Shown here: positions 34,523 to 40,500 of the stretch, piece after piece
Layout: each line of letters starts with the position of its first letter
Position numbering within the stretch: position 1 is the first letter of the stretch
Virus record (IMG/VR): IMGVR_UViG_3300048576_000234
Location: 1 to 40,500 of that record
Direction: 5' to 3' (one strand)
Source of the DNA: a virus
Lineage: Duplodnaviria > Caudoviricetes
DNA: 40,500 nt
Made by a program: the position numbers and the translations under genes
The notes under the pieces: generated by a model
What the model was told of the DNA's origin: nothing
What the model saw: the letters and a program-made list of their open reading frames with translations, nothing else
The model's database searches: none

Positions 34523-34640
34523 CTTTTTCTCGTTGTTTCAAAAAGTCGTTAATTGCTTGATCTGTTTCTTCAAAAACGAAAAGAGCGTCGTGTCCGCACC
34601 ATCGAAGGTATTCTATAAATTCGTTCAATAAATCTTCCAT
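34512..34640 (-). CDS. Small acidic protein (42 aa)
   Basis: MEDLLNEFIEYLRWCGHDALFVFEETDQAINDFLKQREKDDQ, downstream of hairpin repeat 1. Confidence 0.5.
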   Translation of the reverse strand: MEDLLNEFIEYLRWCGHDALFVFEETDQAINDFLKQREKDDQ

Positions 34641-34673
34641 TTTCAAAATATGTTTAAGTATTTATGCAATTAA

Positions 34674-34705
34674 AACCGGCCATTAGCCTCGCGGATCGAC
34701 CGGTT
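34674..34705. repeat. Intergenic hairpin repeat, copy 1
   Basis: AACCGGCCATTAGCCTCGCGGATCGACCGGTT. Confidence 0.9.
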
Positions 34706-34742
34706 GAAGGTTCAAAAACTGAAAGTATTTTGGTTAGTTAGT

Positions 34743-35150
34743 TTATATCGAATGTGCTTTTTTAACGTCTTCCAGTGCTTGCAACAGTTCAGATAGTTGA
34801 TCAGCGCTTAATTCTTGTTCGTTTACATCAAGAATTCAGTTATCAAGATCTAAATTATCAATCGAAAACAACCAAATGCCATTTGTTCCATCAAGATGTG
34901 GAAACCCTTCTTTATCCTCGAACTCATCAATAACTCCGAATTCGTTCCAATTTCCGGTAAATCCTACGCGGAGACATTCAAGCGCGAGTTTATTCATATA
35001 CTCCTCTACAGGAGGAGCATCTTCATCATAACGCCATGTAAAGAACTCAAGCAGGCTCTTGGCTAATTCATCAGTAAATATTTCTGTATCTACCAGTAAC
35101 GATACAAAAGCATCTCCATAATTATAATCAAAATCAAATCTTTTAATCAT
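34743..35150 (-). pseudogene. DUF2528-like acidic phage protein with probable premature TGA at 34836-34838
   Basis: EGFPHLDGTNGIWL motif; frame continues after TGA as ILDVNEQELSADQLSELLQALEDVKKAHSI* to 34743. Confidence 0.55.
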
Positions 35151-35184
35151 TAGGTTATTGTTTAATTGGTTAATAATTCAATTC

Positions 35185-35217
35185 AACCGGTCATTAGCCG
35201 TCGCGGATCGGCCGGTT
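35185..35217. repeat. Intergenic hairpin repeat, copy 2
   Basis: AACCGGTCATTAGCCGTCGCGGATCGGCCGGTT. Confidence 0.9.
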
Positions 35218-35247
35218 CATGGTTCAAAAACTGAATGAAGATTTTGG

Positions 35248-35469
35248 TTAGTTGGAAGGTTTTTTATTAGATTCTTGTTCATAAGCTAATTGCGATGTTA
35301 TAATTCTTCCACCTCGCAATGTTGTTTCACAAAATAAAACTTTAGAGGGTCTTACGGTACTTGTTGCAATTTGAGACAATTGCTCCGATGTCATGGTTTT
35401 CCCTTTCCTGAAAGTAACTTTCATTTGAACTGCATCAGGGAATTGCTTTTGTGCTTCTTTTAATGTCAT
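35248..35469 (-). CDS. Hypothetical cassette gene (73 aa)
   Basis: Single ORF between repeats 2 and 3. Confidence 0.65.
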   Translation of the reverse strand: MTLKEAQKQFPDAVQMKVTFRKGKTMTSEQLSQIATSTVRPSKVLFCETTLRGGRIITSQLAYEQESNKKPSN

Positions 35470-35502
35470 CTTATTTTATTTAATTGGTTAATATTCAAAT
35501 TT

Positions 35503-35534
35503 AACCGGTCATTAGCCGTCGCGGATCGGCCGGT
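35503..35534. repeat. Intergenic hairpin repeat, copy 3
   Basis: AACCGGTCATTAGCCGTCGCGGATCGGCCGGT. Confidence 0.9.
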
Positions 35535-35568
35535 CATTGGTAGTTTGGTTAGTATAAAGTCAAGCTTG

Positions 35569-36009
35569 TTACTTAGATAATTTCTTTCGGGCATTTGCGA
35601 TGTATGGATCAAAAAGAGCTTTAGATTTGTTCTTTACATTAGTCATTAATTCGTCCAATGTATCTCCATAGACACATGCCGAACAGCAATAACCCATGCT
35701 GGAGCTGTATGAAGAAATTGATCCATCTGTTTTAAAAGTTATATCTTCTGGTATTGGAATATAGATCACAGCAAGAAATCCTATCTTATTATTGTCAAAT
35801 AGTTTTTCAACAATTGATTCACAATGACGATCATCAGAATCAAAATCTTCATCATCTAAAAACGGGAATAGTTCTTCGTAGTCTTCAAACTCAGTCATGA
35901 TATCATGAAATTCGGAGCTTTGATATTGAGCAGCAATCCATATTAGTTTGTCAATTGAGGCATAGTATGCCTCTTGTTCTAAAAAATCAAATACGTTTTT
36001 ATTTTCCAT
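35569..36009 (-). CDS. Hypothetical acidic cassette gene (146 aa)
   Basis: Single ORF between repeats 3 and 4; start moved to MENKN at 36009 because the listed start lies within the repeat. Confidence 0.7.
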   Translation of the reverse strand: MENKNVFDFLEQEAYYASIDKLIWIAAQYQSSEFHDIMTEFEDYEELFPFLDDEDFDSDDRHCESIVEKLFDNNKIGFLAVIYIPIPEDITFKTDGSISSYSSSMGYCCSACVYGDTLDELMTNVKNKSKALFDPYIANARKKLSK

Positions 36010-36030
36010 TGTGTAGTTAATTAAAAGTTT

Positions 36031-36061
36031 ACCGGTCATTAGCCGTCGCGGATCGACCGGT
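36031..36061. repeat. Intergenic hairpin repeat, copy 4
   Basis: ACCGGTCATTAGCCGTCGCGGATCGACCGGT. Confidence 0.9.
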
Positions 36062-36071
36062 TTTGGTTTGG

Positions 36072-36275
36072 TTAGTGAGACCTTCCTTTCTTAATCAATT
36101 CTATCAATGCAATTGTGCAAACTGAGAAGGTCATAAGCGCTAATAACGATGAAAATAGGTATTTGTAAAATGGGGTCATCTCCGGTTTGTCTATCACATC
36201 CATAAGCGCAACAAACATTTTGTAAGAGACATTCCCGGAGATGATAATTCCTACTATGAGTAATTGTTTTTTCAT
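36072..36275 (-). CDS. Small two-TM membrane protein (67 aa)
   Basis: Two hydrophobic segments; ATGA overlap with upstream gene. Confidence 0.6.
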   Translation of the reverse strand: MKKQLLIVGIIISGNVSYKMFVALMDVIDKPEMTPFYKYLFSSLLALMTFSVCTIALIELIKKGRSH

Positions 36276-36562
36276 TGGATATTCGCTTCGAAAATTCTAC
36301 TAATTGCATCCAAAGCATCGCTGTATGTGGCTGGAGGTATAATGTGCAGAGCTACTCCGCATGTGTTGTCTTTGTGGTAACTCTCCAAATTTGATATTTC
36401 TATTACCTGTTTTTCGTCTAGAGAGTCAATAAATCCTCTCTCACTGAGCGAAGGAAAATTGCAGAATACATTTATGTAGCCCATTATAGGGCGACCAATC
36501 TTAACTTCCTTACCAGATTTACTGGTAAGGATTGTTCTGTCTTTTTGTTGTTCTTTGTTCAT
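36272..36562 (-). CDS. Hypothetical early protein (96 aa)
   Basis: ORF track; in operon. Confidence 0.65.
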   Translation of the reverse strand: MNKEQQKDRTILTSKSGKEVKIGRPIMGYINVFCNFPSLSERGFIDSLDEKQVIEISNLESYHKDNTCGVALHIIPPATYSDALDAISRIFEANIQ

Positions 36563-36605
36563 AAAGTTTCTATTTTAGGTGATAACGCTCGTTTTTTTGT
36601 ATTTA

Positions 36606-36635
36606 ACCGTTTCGATACCGAAGTACCGAAACGGT
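36606..36635 (-). other. 13-bp RNA hairpin with cUUCGg tetraloop, no U tract
   Basis: ACCGTTTCGGTAC-TTCG-GTATCGAAACGGT on minus strand. Confidence 0.7.
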
Positions 36636-36652
36636 GGCGGCAGAGCCCCACG

Positions 36653-37219
36653 CTACACGCCGCTTTTTATTATAAAACTTGTGATTGTAGCGGAGTTTTG
36701 CAAACGGCCGGAGATGGCCTGCAGTTTCCGCTCTATGTTGTTCCGGTGGTTGTGAATCGTCTTTTCAGACGATCCTGACGTATTGGCAATTTCTTTGTCG
36801 GTATAACCGTGCGCTATTGAGATGGCCACGTTTGTCTCTGTTTTGGTGAGCGGAGTCAGCTGTCGGTTGCAAAACGGCTTTTCCCATTTGCATTGTTGGC
36901 AGTGTGTAGGATATTCGACATTCACCTGTCCGGCACTCATGTCGATATCTATTGCGGAATCGCATCCGCCAAAGAGGCACCACAAAATATTGTCGGTGAC
37001 TTCGGCACCCCGGATTCCGGCTTTGTGTACGGCGGCAAATTTATCGGGATGTTCAATCATCATCCGGTCGATAAATCGAGCCGCTTTTGATGGGAGTTGA
37101 GAATATGAAGAGTAATGTTTTCCCTGATAAATGATCTTGATCAGGGGATTGGCGGCGAATATCTCTATCGCGCCGTCCTCGGTAAATAACCGATTAAATA
37201 GAGTTAGATTTGAGCTCAT
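36653..37219 (-). CDS. LuxR-type HTH regulator with Cys cluster (188 aa)
   Basis: LTKTETNVAISIAHGYTDKEIA....SEKTIHNHRNNIERKL; CLFGGCD and CQQC..C upstream. Confidence 0.85.
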   Translation of the reverse strand: MSSNLTLFNRLFTEDGAIEIFAANPLIKIIYQGKHYSSYSQLPSKAARFIDRMMIEHPDKFAAVHKAGIRGAEVTDNILWCLFGGCDSAIDIDMSAGQVNVEYPTHCQQCKWEKPFCNRQLTPLTKTETNVAISIAHGYTDKEIANTSGSSEKTIHNHRNNIERKLQAISGRLQNSATITSFIIKSGV

Positions 37220-37279
37220 GCGTGGGGATTAATGAGTTAATATTTATGGTTAAAGATTATGCGGGTCAGTTTGCAGGTA

Positions 37280-37504
37280 TTATGAGTATTCCCATTTATA
37301 GTTGCGGATCGCATCTATAATGCTGACGCTTTTTTCTCCTACAATTCGATGACCTTTATTATAGCGCAGCAATACATAATTGACATATTGCCGGGTAGTA
37401 TTCAACCGGTTTGCAATCTCATTGCCTGCGCCATACGCTAATCGTAGTTTTTTCTTTGGCGGATGCAATTTCTTTATTGGGTAATTTTTCCTATTTTTTT
37501 TCAT
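37280..37504 (-). CDS. Cro-like HTH protein (74 aa)
   Basis: GAGNEIANRLNTTRQYVNYVL HTH; divergent from repressor. Confidence 0.72.
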   Translation of the reverse strand: MKKNRKNYPIKKLHPPKKKLRLAYGAGNEIANRLNTTRQYVNYVLLRYNKGHRIVGEKSVSIIDAIRNYKWEYS

Positions 37505-37516
37505 CGAATCAGTGAG

Positions 37517-37611
37517 TATCTTTGTAAATATTATGTTGAGTATTACGATCAATATTGTTCGACAAATATCAACATAATTATGTCCAATTACAAGAAAAGC
37601 GAGCATAATTA
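37517..37611. promoter_or_regulatory. Lysis/lysogeny switch: facing promoters and CATAAT operator repeats
   Basis: TATCTTTG (+) 37517-24, GATATTTG (-) 37563-70, inverted ATTATGTTGA 37530-39/TCAACATAAT 37569-78, palindrome ACATAATTATGT 37572-83, GCATAATTA 37603-11. Confidence 0.55.
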
Positions 37612-38047
37612 CATGTTAAATTTCTATAACGATATTATAGAGCTGATAATCAAAGATTACGGGTTGAAAAATCAATCCGAATTTTGCAGAATGACAGGCA
37701 TTAAAAACTCAAATGTCGGTCAGTGGAAGAAGGGAAGTATGCCTTCTGTTGAATTTTTGGAAAGAATTATGTCTGCTTTTCCCGATTTATCACCCGACTG
37801 GCTGATTACGGCAACAGGCGAAATGAAGCGAAAAACTGCAGTCGAACCTGAAGTGGTAGATTCCGACTGCACTCTAATTACTTACCTGAAGAATGAAATT
37901 AAGGATTTGAAGAAAGAGAAAGAAGAGGCTTTATTGAATATTGGCAAAAGAGAACAACGAATAGAAGATCTCGAAAGCCAGTTGGCCGTTTTTTTGCACT
38001 CGGGAAATGTTGCGGAAAAGGAATTGAAGTATCCCAAGCCGGAATAA
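37580..38047 (+). CDS. CI-like XRE repressor (HTH plus coiled coil, no S24 peptidase domain); start 37580 or 37613
   Basis: NQSEFCRMTGIKNSNVGQWKKGSMPSVEFLERI...LSPDWLITATGEM. Confidence 0.85.
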   Translation: MSNYKKSEHNYMLNFYNDIIELIIKDYGLKNQSEFCRMTGIKNSNVGQWKKGSMPSVEFLERIMSAFPDLSPDWLITATGEMKRKTAVEPEVVDSDCTLITYLKNEIKDLKKEKEEALLNIGKREQRIEDLESQLAVFLHSGNVAEKELKYPKPE

Positions 38048-38049
38048 TT

Positions 38050-38106
38050 TTTCAGACACAAATAGACACTAATATATAAATAGACACTTTAGACACTTTT
38101 GGACGA
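38050..38106. repeat. AGACAC direct repeats next to att (arm-type or RDF-type binding sites)
   Basis: GACA/GACG at 38055, 38065, 38083, 38092, 38102. Confidence 0.65.
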
Positions 38107-38132
38107 ATAGATATTCAGCATTATATGAGTTG

Positions 38133-38155
38133 GTGGAGTCTCCCGCCGGCTCCAC
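38133..38155 (+). other. Prophage att end: duplicated 3' end of tmRNA (ssrA)
   Basis: CTCCCGCCGGCTCCAC (38140-55) closely matches the tmRNA 3' end as recalled for E. coli (CTCCCGCCAGCTCCACCA); GTGGAG/CTCCAC dyad; terminator follows. Confidence 0.75.
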
Positions 38156-38157
38156 TT

Positions 38158-38198
38158 AATGGCAGGTAATCTTATGATTATCTGCCATTTGTGTTTTC
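38158..38198 (+). terminator. Terminator after the tmRNA 3' fragment
   Basis: AATGGCAGGTAATC-ttat-GATTATCTGCCATT then TGTGTTTT. Confidence 0.75.
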
Positions 38199-38315
38199 TG
38201 GTCTTGAAAAAATAGTTGTATATACACATTTATTTTATTACAACATATTGATTATATGGGACGTAGGAAAGAAGAGATGTCAATGCCTCGCTTAAATGAC
38301 AGAGGGGGAGACATG

Positions 38316-38526
38316 TCGAAAGCCAGTTAGCCGTTTTTTTTCCGAGAAATATTGCTGCGGAACCGATAGTGAAGAATTACGGTAAACGCAAATAAATACA
38401 CACAAATACACAGAATATACAAAGTACACAAGAATCCACATTTTTGACAAGGTTGATTCATAGATTACTATAAAAGGGTGGAATCTCGCGCTGGCTCCAC
38501 AAAAGAGCAGTTTGTCTGTTTTTTTT
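38316..38526 (+). mobile_element. Relic end of an older related prophage (cI 3' fragment, arm-like repeats, degenerate att core)
   Basis: 38316-38340 matches cI 37971-37995 with one mismatch; TACAC-type repeats 38395-38440; GTGGAATCTCGCGCTGGCTCCAC (38478-38500) is 20/23 identical to 38133-38155. Confidence 0.7.
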
Positions 38527-39350
38527 AATCCCCGGCATTATGATTAAACATAATGCCGGGGATTGTTGTTTATTGACAAAAATGATCTTTATTAATATAG
38601 GTTTGTTTTTGTGAGTGGTTAAATTAAGTTTGAGGTGGATTATTTTGGTCAAAATGTTTTGTAGATGTTCAAATGTGTTGTATTTTTGAACTCAGTATAA
38701 AAACAGTATCCCGTCGTTCGTGAGCGTTTCTATCCGATTGAAAGAGAAAAATTCATGTTTTTTTGTAACTTACATTTTCCTCATAAACGACGATTGTTTG
38801 TTGGACTTAAAGTCCATTTCTTACCTAAATATAGAGCTTTGAACTGGTGAGGCTGTTTAACTGCTTCAATATCCAGCAAGATGAGCTTTGTAGATTCAAT
38901 CTTCTAAAGAAAAATCTTTATTCCCCATTTTTTTACTGCTGCAGTCTGCATGGTTGTCCGTAAGTAATGTTGACAACTCAAGTCGATCAGAAATGCAATT
39001 ATGTAGTCTGCTCAAAAGTATTGATGCTATCCGATAAAGATGCATTTACTTCTATTCTAAGAGAAAGAAATCGATAGCTCAAATGATTTTTTCAAATGAG
39101 AGTTTGTTTGAAGATGTTATTTGAAGCGTTTGCGTTATTACCAATCTAAAGATTAAGAAATCAATTGAATTAATTGTTTGTTTTTGTCTCCTGAAAAGTA
39201 TTCGGGTCGACGGTTATCCCGCGACGTGTATACATCATGAGGCATCCTCGATTTGTTTCGAGATTTGTATAGTGAGATTGTAAAATATATAGCTGTGTAG
39301 CTATATAGAGTTGATTTGTGATTTTTATTTAGAATAGTAACGTGTTGTAA

Positions 39351-40500
39351 ATGCAACGGCAACTAACCATAATCCTTTTTGTCTGTTGTGTCGTTCTGGT
39401 AAGAGCGGCAAACATTCCTATTGCCATATTGTCACCTGACTTTGGGGCTTCGTATCGTCCGTATTGGTCTTTGAATGGAACAAGCACTGTTGTAAATGAC
39501 AAATTGCAGTTGACGGAAGATGTGACCAATCAATCAGGAAGCGCATTCTGGACAGGAATGGTATGCAATTCCAATGGGTTTAAGTTTAGCGCATTTTTCT
39601 CTTTTACAATTACACATAGTGGTTCTGGGTCTTATGCCGACGGGCTGGCCTTTATTATCCAGCAATATGCCAATAGTTGGGGGGCACCCGGAGGCGGTTT
39701 GGGTTATGAGGGTTTGCCGGGTAAGTCGATTGCGATTGAGTATGATACCTATCGAAATTCAAATTATAATGATCCGGATATAAATCATATTGCGATAGAT
39801 TTTGGGGGAAGTGTTGAGCATTCTTCGAATAAGTATTATGCGAATTCGACGAAATTAAATAGTGTCGGAGTAACTCTAACGGCAGGGAAGACATTTTATT
39901 CGTGGATTGATTACGATGGGACAAAGGTGGAAGTGCGCATTAGCACAACAACAACGCGTCCTGCCACTGCAGTTTTTAGCTATACTTGTGATCTGGCCTC
40001 CTATTTTGATGGAGCTAATGTGTACTACGGTTTTGGCGGAGCAACAGGGGCGTCGATGGAGAAAAATATCATTAATAGTGCGTATATCAATAATGATTAT
40101 ACGCCAATTGATTTTTTGTCGAATACGTATACGCAAAAAACACCTTCCGTTTCTACTACGAACGCGTCAATTTGTCGTGGCGAAAGCTATGCCTTTAACG
40201 GTACGACTTATACCACAGCCGGAACCTATGTTGCGTATCTGACTAATGCGGTAGGTTGTGACAGCACCGCTACGTTACAACTAACCGTCCGGGAGCCGAG
40301 CAGTTCTACTACAACCGCTTCGATTTGCCGTGGCGAAAGCTATACTTTTAATGGAACGACCTACGCCACTGCCGGAACGTATGCTGCACATTTGATCAAT
40401 GCTGTGGGTTGCGACAGCACCGCCACGTTGCACCTGATGGTTAGAGAACCGAGCAGTTCTACTACAGTCGCTTCGATTTGTCGCGGCGATAGCTATACTT
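39351..40500 (+). CDS. Host secreted protein: L-type (legume) lectin domain plus Cys-containing 51-aa repeats; open at right edge
   Basis: Manual translation: signal peptide MQRQLTIILFVCCVVLVRA, LQLT...QSGSAFW, ADGLAFIIQ, GGGLGY, SIAIEYDTY; then SICRGESY.FNG..Y..AGTY...L.NAVGCDSTATL.L.V repeats. Confidence 0.85.
   Translation, partial: MQRQLTIILFVCCVVLVRAANIPIAILSPDFGASYRPYWSLNGTSTVVNDKLQLTEDVTNQSGSAFWTGMVCNSNGFKFSAFFSFTITHSGSGSYADGLAFIIQQYANSWGAPGGGLGYEGLPGKSIAIEYDTYRNSNYNDPDINHIAIDFGGSVEHSSNKYYANSTKLNSVGVTLTAGKTFYSWIDYDGTKVEVRISTTTTRPATAVFSYTCDLASYFDGANVYYGFGGATGASMEKNIINSAYINNDYTPIDFLSNTYTQKTPSVSTTNASICRGESYAFNGTTYTTAGTYVAYLTNAVGCDSTATLQLTVREPSSSTTTASICRGESYTFNGTTYATAGTYAAHLINAVGCDSTATLHLMVREPSSSTTVASICRGDSYT
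40143..40500 (+). repeat. 153-bp coding tandem repeats
   Basis: Units start at 40143, 40296 and 40449. Confidence 0.88.

Larger units (their letters stand above)
1..38155 (-). mobile_element. Temperate Bacteroidetes prophage (siphovirus-like) integrated at the tmRNA 3' end; left part lies outside the window
   Basis: Co-oriented terminase, portal, S49 protease, capsid, tail tube, tape measure, replication and cI/cro genes; ends at a tmRNA-3'-like att core at 38140-38155; host-type gene follows. Confidence 0.93.

Noticed and set aside
31358-35150. Stop-codon reassignment explaining the in-frame stops
   Set aside because: Both TAA and TGA are involved, and both terminate many other genes of the same prophage
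34674-36061. Four ~32-bp palindromic repeats as a CRISPR array
   Set aside because: Intervening sequences are ~290-500 bp and each encodes a gene; no cas genes in the window
34674-36076. The same repeats as integron attC sites (CTAAC at stop codons, GTTRRRY after copies 2 and 3)
   Set aside because: The hairpin is only ~33 bp and does not span CTAAC to GTT; copies 1 and 4 lack GTTRRRY; no integron integrase seen
37463-37606. Long overlapping N-termini of cI (from 37463) and cro (from 37606)
   Set aside because: Extensions run through the promoter/operator region; internal ATGs at 37580/37613 and 37504 fit better
38100-38160. Complete tRNA or tmRNA gene
   Set aside because: Only ~16 nt of the 3' end is present, with no T-loop 5' side or gene body
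38530-39350. AT-rich region with short ORFs between the att relic and the lectin gene
   Set aside because: No convincing coding signal, RNA structure or repeat recognised; treated as host intergenic DNA

Overview
Bases 1 to ~38155 are the right-hand ~38 kb of a temperate, siphovirus-like Bacteroidetes prophage. Host-type TAnnTTTG promoters and the flanking gene suggest a Bacteroidales host, possibly Paludibacter-like. Almost every gene is on the minus strand. Right to left the order is: cI/cro switch, LuxR-type regulator, an array of small early genes separated by a conserved hairpin repeat, replication genes (initiator-like, AAA ATPase, VapE/VirE-like helicase, iteron-rich ori candidate), putative late activator, S49 protease, major capsid, tail tube, a -1 frameshift gene pair, ParB-methyltransferase, terminase, portal, head-tail genes plus sufE, a moron block (HicAB, BRCT protein, exported protein, C4-like leader, antirepressor), tape measure, tail tip genes and a fibre-like gene that runs off the left edge. 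The prophage ends at a duplicated tmRNA (ssrA) 3' end, followed by a decayed second copy of the same end structure and a host L-type-lectin repeat protein. No integrase, lysis or reverse transcriptase gene is in the window. The most unusual signals are: (i) a fibre-like protein with a Sec signal peptide and periodic Bacteroidetes O-glycosylation sequons; (ii) a hairpin-punctuated cassette-like array of early genes; (iii) six GTCCTTT-N20-nnnnTTTG late promoters whose GACA core recurs as phased arrays beside the putative activator and at att; (iv) sufE coupled to a virion gene. All family calls come from motif recognition by eye, not database searches.
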